The notes under the pieces were generated by a model. It ran no database searches and was not told where the DNA came from. It was given only the letters and a program-made list of their open reading frames with translations. Positions 24,396 through 36,250 of a DNA stretch of 64,000 bases are shown here, piece by piece. How positions within the stretch are numbered: position 1 is the first letter of the stretch; every line of letters starts with the position of its first letter. Location of the stretch: assembly GCF_037042905.1 (NCBI RefSeq), contig NC_087260.1, forward strand, positions 11,160,001 to 11,224,000. The letters run 5' to 3'. The stretch comes from Lytechinus pictus. Lineage: Eukaryota. Both the position numbers and the translations under genes were made by a program.

Positions 24396-25649
24396 CTGAC
24401 AAATATTGGACCTTCGATATTGGTGTTCTTGTTGGTGCTATGTCTTTCTTGCATTATGTAGTATATTTGAAGAAAGTATGACATAACATTTGACCCTGTA
24501 TAATGTTTTGTATTCATAGTTTGTGTACCCATGCAATGACTTCCAATTATTAGTGTGTTGGTATTGATTTAATCATTTCACCATGGAACTTTCTGTATAT
24601 TGGGGGTGGGGTTGTACTAAGACCATTATATCCTTAAACCAGCTAAACCAGCCTTTCCTACGAGGAGATGTGGAAAAAAAAAGGCTGAGGAATGTAAAAT
24701 GTTCATACTTGAAGACCAAGTAAACGTTTCTTATCAAAAGGGGTTTGAATGGAAATGTATTTTATTTTCTTTTTCTTGACCATTTGTCTATAAAGACCAA
24801 ATTTTGCCTCCCTTTCAGAAGTAGTTGCATTTTATCATGAAAACATTTACTTGTCTAAGTTTGCATGTGAAGGCTTTTGTCTACAAAGACCAACTTCTTC
24901 AGTACGTAGTACATGTACCTTGAAGCAACGTTTTCATAAATTCATTTACAGAGATGAAGCATTTCAATTGCAACCCAACTTTATCACAACACTCTATGCT
25001 CAAATTGGAAAGTTGCACTTGAGTTGCGATTGAACGCATGTTTCTTGCAATTCATTAAATCATATGTTGTGGTCTTTAATTCAAATCCCATCGCTCAAAT
25101 GTGTGATTAGAATGGCCGTATGAAAGCTTTAAAATAAAACGGCTTTGTTTATTTCCATTGATACCACCTTCCCCTCCCCTTTGTATTCAAAAGTGTCTTC
25201 CGTAAGTTACATGTTATTTACATACTGTATGTTAGTCAAATGGCAGTTTTTCTGTATATGTATTTGATGGTATGTATTTTATTGCCAAATGTTTGCCAAA
25301 ACTGTTTTAATATGACTTGAATATGTATTTCTGTGAAAATATGTGTACTAACTAATATTTTGATTGCATGATTTCATTTCATCTGGTATTGTTAGCGAAG
25401 TGGACAATGGGTGTGTTCAATGTCGAGTTTCAAATTCAAACAGCAGCATGAATCATGATTGAAAACTCAATTACAAAACACCGAACACAAACATGATCAG
25501 CGGTGCACTGTTCAGTGTCGAAAATCTGTTGATTGTCTTTGAATTTCCTGCTTGCTTTAGCGCAGCTTTATTGCGCAGTTTGACCCATAAGAAGAAAGGT
25601 CTATTCTGACACCTGCTTGTGTAGGCTTTCACTGGGAGAGCAAATTTAA

Positions 25650-26146
25650 AGGGGAAGTTCACCCTGAAGAAATTTTTGTTGTAAAAATAGCAGAAAAAAT
25701 AGTAAAAAATATTGGTGAAGGTTTGAGGAAAATCCGTTAAAAAGTAAGAAAGTTATTAGAGTTCAAAGTTTTTGATTTGTGACGTCATAAACGAGCAGCT
25801 GCCCCATGTGTTATGTAATATAAAATGCATGAATTTCAAATTTTGTATGGTTCCTGATGACTTAATTTTGTTTTCTATTCATGATCGGGAGTGAAATGAT
25901 TTGTCTATTGATGTACAAAAGGTACAGTGAAAACCATTTTCAATTTTCTGAGAAAATGACATTTCATTGATTTTTTACCGTTCGCTATGTAGGAATGCTG
26001 CTCGCATATGACGTCACAAATCAAATAATTGAAATTCTAATAACTTTTTGATTATTTGATGAATTTTTCTCAAACCTTCGGCAATATTTTTTATTATTTT
26101 TTCTGCTATTTTTACAATAAACTTTTTGTCAGGGTGAACTTCCCCT
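25650..26146. mobile_element. TTAA-flanked MITE (family C), well preserved
   Basis: ttaa|aggggaagttcaccctga ... tcagggtgaacttcccct|ttaa, with long imperfect TIRs. Confidence 0.9.
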
Positions 26147-26336
26147 TTAAAGATGTTTCAGTACTCAATCATGTTCATTGTTGCATTTGCGATGCTGAAG
26201 GTCGTAAAATCTGAGGTGATCGCGTTTATAGACACATCTTTTCATCGTTTGAATTTTCCTCCGAATCGTGATTTGAAAGACATTTACTTTTACGACCGGG
26301 AATGAAGGACATTGAATGCACCCTCTATTTCTCATA

Positions 26337-26608
26337 TAATAATAATAATAATATAGGGTATTTATATTGCGCACATATCCACCTTGTTAGGTGCTCAAGG
26401 CGCTATTACCCGGCTAAGCTAGGCGTTCATAGCGCACACAGCTTTTTAAGGAATTACTTCCTACTGGTACCCATTTACCTCACCTGGGTTGAGTGCAGCA
26501 CACTGTGGATCAGTTTCTTGCTGAAGGAAATTACGCCATGGCTGGGATTCGAACCCACGACCCTCTGTTTCAAAGTCCGAAGACTAATCCACTGGTCCAC
26601 AACGCTCC
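26337..26608 (-). mobile_element. tRNA-derived SINE with (TTA)n tail
   Basis: Minus strand GGAGCGTTGTGGACCAGTGGATTAGTC...GGGTTCGAATCCCAGCC, ending in an AATA-rich 3' end and (ATT)n. Confidence 0.85.
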
Positions 26609-26965
26609 ATATCTGCATTTTGTAATCACACTTTCGATCATGATTTATGTTGCCGTTTTAATTTTGAAACCGACATTGGACACACCCAATGTTAGCCATT
26701 TTGATATGTGTTATTTGTATAAATGAGAGCATATTTTGGTGGAAATATATTTACATGTTCACATGTTTTATGTAATGTAGTACATAGTTGTTATCACCAC
26801 TCAACAAGGATGGTGCAGTGTTATGATACAAGTTGTCTATTTTATGTGGTGTAGAAAATATTTTCATATCGTGTAAAGATTACAGTTTGTGTCAACATAG
26901 AGCTTAAAGTTATGATGTATTTAAAGAAAACTTGGACTCCAATGAAAACCTGAAAAGCCTCTGAA

Positions 26966-27941
26966 TTTTTGTCTCACCTGCATAGCAGAGTGAGACTATA
27001 GGCGCCGCTTTTCCGACGGCGACGGCGGCGGCGGCGGCGACGGCGACGGCGGCGTCAACACCAAATCTTAACCTGAGGTTAAGTTTTTGAAATGACAGCA
27101 TAACTTAGAAAGTATATGGACCTAGTTCATGAAACTTGGCCATAAGGTTAATCAAGTATTACTGAACATCCTGCCTGAGTTTCATGTCACATGACCAAGG
27201 TCAAAGGTCATTTATGGTCAATGAACTTAGACCATGTTGGGGGAATCAACATCAAAATCTTAACCTAAGGTCAAGTTTTTGAAATGTCATCATAACTTAG
27301 AAAATATATGGACCTAGTTCATGAAACTTATACATAAGGTTAATCAAGTATCACTGAACATCCTGCATGAGTTTCACATCACATGACCAAGGTCAAAGGT
27401 CATTTAGGGTCAATGAACTTTGGCCGAATTGGGGGTATCTGTTGAATTACCATCATCACTTTGAAAGTTTATGGATCTGATTCATGAAACTTGGACATAA
27501 TAGTAATCAAGTATTACTGAACATCCTGTGCAAGTTTCAGGTCACATGATCAAGGTCAAAGGTCATTTAGGGTCAATGAACTTTGGCCAAATTGGGGTAT
27601 TTGATGAATTACAGCCATAAATTTGAAAGTGTGTTGGTCTAGTTCATAAAACTTGGACATAATAGTAATCAAGTATCACTGAACATCCTGTGCGAGTTTC
27701 AGGTCACATGATCAAGGTCAAAGGTCATGTAAGGTCAAAGAACTTTGGCCACGTTGGGGGTATTTGTTGAATTGCCATCATATCTCTATAAGTGTATTGG
27801 TCTAGTTCATAAAACGTGGAAATAAGAGTAACCAAGTATCACTGAACATCTTGTGCGAGTTATAGTAGTTTTCAAAATCAGCACTGCTGCTATATTGAAT
27901 CGCGTGATGCAGGTGAGACGGCCAGAGGCATTCCACTTGTT
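26966..27941 (+). mobile_element. Helentron-associated (HINE/DINE-1/pearl-like) non-autonomous element with internal tandem array
   Basis: ttttt-gtctcacctgcat ... atgcaggtgagac subterminal inverted repeat, a (GGC/GAC)n microsatellite after the 5' IR, about five 162-192-bp core repeats (ctagttcatgaaact...caaggtcaaaggtca), and a TT end. Confidence 0.75.
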
Positions 27942-28308
27942 CTTGAGTTGAATTGTATAAATCTGACAAATCAAACAAACAGACAAACTAATGTTTCAGA
28001 ATAAAACAGTAATATGAAAGTTAATGCTATTTAAATCCTCTTATTAGGACTTCAGTAACAATTTTTTTATAGGTTTTTGCCTTGTTACACATTGGACAGA
28101 CGGATATCTCCCAGTCTACGATGGGCATTTTGAAAATCACTTTTTGTAGGGAAAAGTTCTATGATCTTACATCCTATCTTCATATGGGAACTCATACTAA
28201 GGAGTTTGATTTGATTTTTGTTCTAAAGAGGAAAATTTGAGATATGTATTCTTTTTATTCATTATGGAAATAATATCAAAGCCAGCTAAAATACTTCATA
28301 TTTGGGTA

Positions 28309-28450
28309 CACTCTAAAAACTAAAAGGTTGGATAGGGGTAAATCATGTTTTAATAGGGCTGAGGAGTGATAGTGTTTTCAGTAGGGGTGAAAAAATGCTG
28401 TCACTCTTCGGCCCTTTTCCACCCTTTTTGCCCTTTGTGTTTTAAGAGTG
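28309..28450. mobile_element. Small MITE with CAC...GTG termini
   Basis: ta|cactctaaaaac ... gtttaagagtg|ta, with an internal inverted pair gaggagtga / tcactcttc. Confidence 0.6.
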
Positions 28451-28556
28451 TATGTTTTTAATGTTTTTAACAAAAATTCCATTGATCATATTCATTATAT
28501 TTCCCCCTCCCTCTCATATTCTCATTCAATCCTTCCCTCACTCTCTCTCCCTTAAC

Positions 28557-28771
28557 NNNNNNNNNNNNNNNNNNNNNNNNNNNNNNNNNNNNNNNNNNNN
28601 NNNNNNNNNNNNNNNNNNNNNNNNNNNNNNNNNNNNNNNNNNNNNNNNNNNNNNNNNNNNNNNNNNNNNNNNNNNNNNNNNNNNNNNNNNNNNNNNNNNN
28701 NNNNNNNNNNNNNNNNNNNNNNNNNNNNNNNNNNNNNNNNNNNNNNNNNNNNNNNNNNNNNNNNNNNNNNN
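28557..28771. other. Assembly gap (N run)
   Basis: Run of n flanked by CT-rich sequence. Confidence 1.
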
Positions 28772-30278
28772 CTTCTCTCTTTCTACCCCACTCCCACCAA
28801 ACATATTTCTGTCATATTCACAGATACATGAGTACTGCAACATTAATGCACAAAATTCTCACTTGTGGGCCACATTTCAATAATAGTGGACCAGCAGTAT
28901 CAGTATTCAATATTTATCTTTATATTCCTGGTAGAATAATACCAAATGCCAGTATGTGTGGTCACTGTGGTAATATTTGATGTTTCTAGAATTTATATAT
29001 TTTAATGCATGCTTTGATTGACATTGATAAATACCTTGCTATTGCTTGCAGGTTTAGAATTGAATGTAAATATTTGAATTGGAATAAATATCTGATAGAT
29101 GCTCTTGTTAATATCTTTTATCTGCCAAAAAGTTGTTGGAAATGAATTGTTTCCTTTAAATATGTTTTCTTCTTACCTTGCATGATGAGATTATGCAATA
29201 TGTCTTTCCTGTTTTAATAAGATTTCCTAAAATTCACCTTTAAATTTTACTTGCTGCAAATTATTTTTGTTCTCTTATTACGTTGATGAAAATCGATTGT
29301 ATAATAATTGTAATGAGTTAGCAGCTACCAAATGCATGTAGCATAAATCCATTTGTGGCACCAAAAGTTTTTAATTTAATTATTCTAATAATTATGATCC
29401 TCGTTAACTTTTGAATGCAGATGTAGTAATGATTAATTTATTTTGTAACCAAAATACAAAAGTGTCAACTATTGACCGATCTGTGTTTTATTCATGACTG
29501 CATGTTATTGGAATTGTTATATAATTGAAAATACTGCATGATTCAGGAATGGATTCAGGTTTTCGTAGAAGAATGGGATTGCAACTCTTAGAAAGTAACT
29601 GAACAGATTTGATTTGGACCACGTTGCTCCCTCTTTTTTTTCAGTGAAAAGGGCACATTACATAACTTTTATTGATCAACGCAATCTTTTGTGGTTCTAT
29701 AAGTTGTCATACTTACCGAAAGTTGAGAGTTTGAAACCATATTGACTTTGTTGTGCAATCATTGTTATTGCTTCTTGTTGTTGAATACTTACTATGTAAA
29801 ATAAAATAATGCAATAATCTTAACAATATAAACAATGTTTTTAGTTCTTTTGTGAGATATTTGTTGCGGCAATGAGAGAGGCAGTAAATCGGCGATTTGT
29901 CTTCACCCACTTCATCTGTTTTTTTTCCATTTTAGTCGTATCTACCTCCTTCAAAGTTTATCTTCCTCTACAATCAGTTCATCTGCTAACCATTTGGTCT
30001 AATGGTCATGTAGCCCATTTACCATTTTGTCTAATTTCGTGTTAATAGGCTATACACATTGACCTGTATTCTGAACTCGGGTTTAAATTAAACCCTGGTT
30101 TAAATTGTGGATTAAGTATGGAGAGCCAATTGGGGCACAAATTATTAACAGTACACATCCAATTCATTAACTCATTTGACACTCAAATTGTTCATAATTG
30201 TCTGGAATGATAACTCAAGGATTTTTCTTCATTATGAAAGCAAAAGGAAACAAAATAGTAAACATAAGAAATATACAA

Positions 30279-32715
30279 ATTGAGCTGTCTAGACTGGAAA
30301 CCAATCTATGCATCCAACGATGTCAACCATGCCTATGATCTGTTTTACTCAATTTTTTATGATGCTTATAATGAATGTCTTCCTACTGTTAACAGTAAAA
30401 AAAAAAAAACACGATTTCACAAACCTTGGATTTCTTCTGGCATCTTGAAATCTATAAACAAAAAAAATATCCTATATAAAAATTTTCACAGATACTCTGG
30501 ACCAGAAAAGATTAAAAAAAGGAAAGAAGAAAAATACAAAAGCTATAAAAACTGTTTGGTAAAAGTAATTCGGTTTGCAAAAAGAGAATATTATAATAAA
30601 AAATTTAACACCTTAAGAGGTAACATGAAGAAAACATGGCAAGAAATTAATAACATATTGGGGAAAAAAGCTCAAATTTCTCTACCAACCAAAATGTTTT
30701 ACAATAATGAATCTTTTGATACCAATCAAATGAAATCTATTTATTTCAACAGATATTTTGCAAATTTGGGCAAAAATCTTGCTCAAGTCATCCCTGACCC
30801 CCACACAGAGTTCATGTCTTTTTTAGGAGACAACAATATTCATTCAATGTTTTTTAAACCAACCAATATAAATGAAATACTAAAGATCTGCTCCTCCTTG
30901 AAATCAACGTTTTCCTGTGGCTCTGATGATATTATCCCATCTATTGTGAAAAAATGTATTTATCAATGTGTCCATCCACTGTGCCATATATATAATATGT
31001 CTCTTGAATATGGTGAAGTTCCTAATGCATTTAAAATAGCTAAAATTGTTCCAATTTTCAAAAAGGGTGATCGTAAAGACATTGTTAACTATAGACCAAT
31101 TTCTGTTTTACCCATCTTCTCAAAGATACTAGAAAAAATTGTTTTTGAACGTTTGTACAGCTTTTTGAATCATAACAATATATTAATCTCACAACAATTT
31201 GGTTTTCGTAAAAGATATTCAACATACATGCCAATATTTCACATGTATGATCGTATAATGCAAGAAATAGATAAGGGTAATCTCACCATTGGTATATTTT
31301 TGGATCTCTCGAAAGCATTTGACACCGTTGACCATGACATACTTCTTAAAAAAATGAAACATTATGGGATAAGAGGTCTCGCTCTTGATTGGTTTGATAA
31401 TTATTTATCAAATCGCATGCACTATGTTGTGGTCAACGGTGTCAAGTCAACTTTCAGTCATGTATCACACGGCGTTCCGCAAGGGTCTGTCCTCGGCCCC
31501 TTGCTTTTCCTTTTGTATATCAATGACCTTGTAAATTGTTCCTCAATTCTTAATTTCATACTCTTTGCTGATGATACCAGTATTACTCTTTCTCAAAAAA
31601 ATATTATTCCTCTCATTAACACCATAAACATTGAACTTCGTAAAGTCGTTGTCTGGCTTCAATGCAATAAACTTTCACTGAACCTTGAAAAAACTAAATT
31701 TGTACTATTTAAAACACAAACTAAAAAAATTGGTAATGACATTCCTCCAGTTATTATGGATGGCAAGATTATTTCCCAGGTATCAAATATAAATTTTTTA
31801 GGTATCAAGATCAATGAATTTCTATCCTGGAAACCTCATATTGATGAATTATGCACTCGTTTATCAAAAAGTACTGGTGTCCTCCGCAAACTGAAGTTTA
31901 TTTTACCCAGACATGTATTAATTTCACTTTATAATACTTTGGTTTTACCCCATCTCACTTATTGCTGTATGCTATGGGGGAATGGATTCAAAACACATTT
32001 ACATAGATTATTTCTTATTCAAAAAAGGTTAATCAGAACAGTTTGTAATGCACATTTCAATAGTCACACAAACAAGTTATTTCTTGATTGTAAAATATTG
32101 AAAATTTCTGACTTGGTTCTTATGTATACTTATATATTTATGTACAATTACCATTCAAATCTCTTGCCAAATATTTTTGATAATCTCTTCAACACAAATG
32201 CCTCTTTCCATTCATACTTTACGCGTCATTCAGCAGATCTTCACCAATATCTTCCAAAAACTAAAATTACCCAAAATTCTCTACGTTGTAGAGGAATTAA
32301 GCTGTGGAATGATTTAAATAATGATATTAAACAAAGTAAAACCATAAATAAGTTTAAAATACTCTTGAAAGTTGAATTTTTTGCTCAGTATAAAAACTCC
32401 TGCCAATAGCATACTGTAGGTCACTATTATTTATAATTATTACTTCTAGTTTGCTTGTTTGTTTATTTCCCCTATGTTAGCCCATTGTTTTTTGTTTTTT
32501 TTTTAAATTGTATTTCAATGTTATTTGTTGTTCACTCTTTATGTACATGTATGTATTATATTAATTTGTATTTGATTGTACCATGGTGGTGCCCCACTCA
32601 CAAGTTTTTTTTAATGAAAACTTCTAGGGGCTCCCAATCCCATGTTTTTACCTAATTTGTATATACCTGTATTTTTATGATTGATTGATTGAAATAAATT
32701 TTGAATTGAATTGAA
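30279..32715 (+). mobile_element. 5'-truncated non-LTR retrotransposon (CR1/L2-group)
   Basis: RT ORF, about 300-bp 3' UTR, AATAAA then a (TTGAA)n tail. ACAA is present at both junctions (30275-30278 and 32716-32719). Confidence 0.9.
30280..32409 (+). CDS. LINE ORF2 fragment, reverse transcriptase domain, open but lacking the endonuclease and a true start
   Basis: KPWIS, NYRPISVLP, QFGFR, FLDLSKAFDTVDH, GVPQGSVLGPLLFLLYINDL, LFADDT, FLGIKI. No stops over 709 codons. Confidence 0.93.
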   Translation: MSCLDWKPIYASNDVNHAYDLFYSIFYDAYNECLPTVNSKKKKTRFHKPWISSGILKSINKKNILYKNFHRYSGPEKIKKRKEEKYKSYKNCLVKVIRFAKREYYNKKFNTLRGNMKKTWQEINNILGKKAQISLPTKMFYNNESFDTNQMKSIYFNRYFANLGKNLAQVIPDPHTEFMSFLGDNNIHSMFFKPTNINEILKICSSLKSTFSCGSDDIIPSIVKKCIYQCVHPLCHIYNMSLEYGEVPNAFKIAKIVPIFKKGDRKDIVNYRPISVLPIFSKILEKIVFERLYSFLNHNNILISQQFGFRKRYSTYMPIFHMYDRIMQEIDKGNLTIGIFLDLSKAFDTVDHDILLKKMKHYGIRGLALDWFDNYLSNRMHYVVVNGVKSTFSHVSHGVPQGSVLGPLLFLLYINDLVNCSSILNFILFADDTSITLSQKNIIPLINTINIELRKVVVWLQCNKLSLNLEKTKFVLFKTQTKKIGNDIPPVIMDGKIISQVSNINFLGIKINEFLSWKPHIDELCTRLSKSTGVLRKLKFILPRHVLISLYNTLVLPHLTYCCMLWGNGFKTHLHRLFLIQKRLIRTVCNAHFNSHTNKLFLDCKILKISDLVLMYTYIFMYNYHSNLLPNIFDNLFNTNASFHSYFTRHSADLHQYLPKTKITQNSLRCRGIKLWNDLNNDIKQSKTINKFKILLKVEFFAQYKNSCQ

Positions 32716-33610
32716 ACAATATAAACAGAATTTTTGGCTCCCCGTAATTTTAGCACAGAGTAGACCGTGGCCTAAATTAAACCTGACTTCAGAATACGGG
32801 CCAATCTACTTGGTATAACACCATATAGTTTCTTTGATAAGATGAACTGTTTATGAACCAAATTTTCATATGACAAAGTAGACCACATGGACTTTAGACT
32901 AAATGAGGATTAGACCAGGTGTGGTGTAGACCAAATGGCAAGTAGACCCAATCGATAGTAGACTATTGGGTTTAGCCCATGTGGTATTAGACTATTTGAG
33001 AAAAAGATTTGAGTGATGTATCCAGTCATTAATGATTGGAAGTATTTTTTTGCATTTTGGTCTGATTTTATAAGTTTTGCTTTGCACATTTCACATTGGG
33101 CCGTTAACAGCAATTTTTCTTTTTTTTTATTGGGGGGGGGGGGGGGGCTGATCAAGGATTTTTGGCCAGTCGGATATAATATCTTTATAGCAATCCCTTT
33201 TCGACTTTAAATATATTGTAGCCATGGTTACATCAACCCAGATGTTTTTAATTTTGATACACTTAATCCAAGTTCATATACCAGTTTTCGCTGGTTTCTA
33301 TTTTGCGTTAAAACTGGCTTTCGGAAGGAATTAAAAGCCAATTTCCGCTGGCAAATCGATAGAAAGTTTTTAAACAATGGGAATCAAAAGCAATAGGAAG
33401 GCGTGGTGAAGGATGGGCTATATAGAAAGTTCGTTTAATAATAACATCGCTTAATAAGCCGTCAAAACAAACCGAAAAATAGATCAGTAGTTGATGATGA
33501 AGGAAATAATCGACTTGAAATCGATGAAGCGATGGAGTTATTATCAAAATCAAAGTTGACAAATATTGTGCAAAAGTGCGATTATGTACCCACGCCCCAC
33601 AGTTCCACCC

Positions 33611-33793
33611 TAGTCTGCAGGCACAGACCTTTGTTTTCGCAATTCGCATAGAGCATAATACAGAGTCTGAAGTAGTGAGACTAAATTCGCTATGTGGCAA
33701 CTGACACAGACCGAGAGTTTGGGTCTAGTCTTTACTCTAGACATGGTATAAAATTGGTTAAAGTGTCAAATTTGAGTCTGTGCTTGCAGACCA
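33611..33793. mobile_element. Small TIR element (TAGTCTG termini)
   Basis: tagtctgcaggcacagac / gtctgtgcttgcagacca. The same left terminus occurs at 23712. Confidence 0.55.
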
Positions 33794-34287
33794 TACTTTC
33801 ACCCTTGTTTATAGTTTCTCTCTCTTTTTTCTTCCAAAGTCCCCGGGCCTTGCTCGATACAGTTTTAGGGTCGAATTCAATGTTATGATAACATAAACTC
33901 AATAATGCGTCACAGCGCTCTATTTTTAGCCCCTGTTACTATGGTACTATAGGGGACCCTTTAGATCATTATTCTGTATTTCTATGAGATGCATCATTAT
34001 TGTTATTGCAAAAGAAAAAAATGCCTGATGTGTTCTGGATCAAAGTCAGGCCCTTCTAAAATAAAAGCGAGGATAGGAGTTCAAGAGAAATATATTTCAT
34101 AGAAGGAAATGGATATATTGATAATTTTTCAGCGCTTTGAACAAATATCATGTAGATTATTTTTTTCATTTTTAATTTAATACCAACAAGCTCCGAACAT
34201 TATGAAGAGATAATTTATAGAGAATATTATGACAGAAAGAGTATAATTATAATGGCGCATTATGATAATGAATTATCACAATATGTA

Positions 34288-34456
34288 CACTGTAAAAAAT
34301 GAAGTGCTAATTTCGCACTTACTGCAGTACTTGTATAGTGACTGCACTACGAGTGCTGATTTTCTAGTTTAAATTTGAACTAGAAAATCAGCACTCGTAG
34401 TGCAGTCACTATACAAGCACTGTAAGTGCTACATTAGCACTTCATTTTTTACAGTG
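34288..34456. mobile_element. 169-bp near-perfect palindromic MITE
   Basis: ta|cactgtaaaaaatgaagtgcta...cttgtatagtgactgcactacgagtgctgattttctagtt / aactagaaaatcagcactcgtagtgcagtcactatacaag...tagcacttcattttttacagtg|ta. Confidence 0.9.
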
Positions 34457-35799
34457 TATATTCAGCTTTTATCAAACTAATAAAGTAGCATATTCAATGC
34501 TTTGTTCGATAACTAAAGTCATTTCCAGTTCACGGTGATAATCTATGTCAATAATAAATGTCAATTACTGACTTTCATAATGCCACAATATTGCCAAACA
34601 ATGTCATGTTATTTGTCCAATCCGATATTATCATGACTCATATGAAGATATGATTCTGAATAAAGACAAAAGCTATTATCAAGAAGTCAACATTATGCTG
34701 AACGATGAGATCGATGTCAGGTATACAGATTGCGTCGCCTTATTGAGATTCTTCTCATAGCAGGGTGGGGTGGGGATTATAATAGGCATTGGTTAATGTA
34801 CAACTGGGGGCACCACCCCCCCCCCCTTCCCCGGGATCACCGCCCATCTCATAATGATCAACGCAGAAGAGCCAGTGCATTTTTAACGTCTTGAAACTCC
34901 TCTTTAAAAAAAATATGATTGAAAATTTTGATCATCCATATTTTAGAATCCTAACAGGGTTCCTGCGTACATACACAAAAGCAAGAACAGACACACTGGT
35001 AGAAAATAAAGAACATTAGAAATAATGACGATATAGGAATACCTGCTATATTATTCAAGATATTCAAGATAAAGCTTAGGACCACATTAGCTCAACACCT
35101 ATCATACTTCCCACTTACTGCATGCTACCCCACCCCCCATCTCCAATTCCCCCTTTTTTGGAATAAGTTTTGTAGTCGTACCTTACCTTGTATAGGATTG
35201 ATTTATATTTTCTTTCATATTTGTATTTGTTTGTATATTGTATGTTTGTATTTTTTAACGTGTGTACTGGACCCCTCAGTAGAACAGCCTGTGGCTGAAG
35301 AGGGCAATCCAGCCCACGAGTGGAGAAGAAATAAAAATATTAAAAAAAGAAATGAAATTAGCTCTTTGAATTTTTGGATAAAATTTAAATAAATCAGACC
35401 AAAATAAAAATACACAATTTTTTTTGTTTTAGTTTAGTTTTATTTTGTTTTTAGATAAGTATGCACATTAAATGATAAAGGACTGGTGTGAAAAAAAAGC
35501 TACATTCTACTTCAATAATTACTGGAGTCACTGACGTCAACTCGGGATAGATAACAATGTGTTTATACCGAGATGAAATAATAATTGTAAATATTTACTG
35601 ATGATTATGCCTTTGCGGGATCTTTGGTCTGTATAATATCAGTTCAAAAGATAAATTTCATGACTATCGAATTACTTGATGATTACTTAATCGTTTGTTA
35701 ATTGTGTGTTAAAAATCAAAAGTCACCCCAGTTCATTGAGCGACAATAATCATTGTTTAGGCCTACATTGGGAATGACTATTGTTAAAAATATAATTAA

Positions 35800-36250
35800 A
35801 GGGGAAGTTCACCCTGACAAAGAGATCATTTTAAAAATAGCAGAAAAAAATTGAGAAAAATCCATCAAAGAATTAAAAATTTATTAGAATTTTAATCAAT
35901 TGATTTGTGACGTCATATGCGAGCAGCATTCCTACATTGCGAATGGTAAAAAATGAATAAAATGTCATTGAAAATGCTTTTTTCTGTACTTTTTGTATTT
36001 CAATAGACAAATCATTTCAAATCCAATCAGACATGATAAAAAAACAAAATTAAGCCATCACGAACCATTAAAAAGTGAAATTCATGCATTTTATATTACA
36101 TAGCATTTGGGGCAGATGCTAGTTATGACGTCACACATAATAACTTTCTTAATCTTTAACAGATTTTCCTCAAACCTTCGCCAATATTTTTTTATTATTA
36201 TTATTTCTGCTATTTTTACAACAAACTTTTCGTAAGGGTGAACTTCCCCT
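35800..36250. mobile_element. TTAA-flanked MITE (family C), inverted relative to the 25650 copy
   Basis: ttaa|aggggaagttcaccctga ... agggtgaacttcccct|taa. gagcagcattcctacat is the reverse complement of the 25650 interior. Confidence 0.85.

Larger units (their letters stand above)
25409..26687. mobile_element. TIR element with AAT TSD (PIF/Harbinger-like) containing two nested insertions
   Basis: aat|gggtgtgttcaatgtcg ... cgacattggacacaccc|aat. Confidence 0.8.
30061..32802. mobile_element. MITE of about 300 bp split by a LINE insertion
   Basis: gacctgtattctgaactcgggtttaa / ttaaacctgacttcagaatacgggcc are inverted termini on either side of the LINE. Confidence 0.75.
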
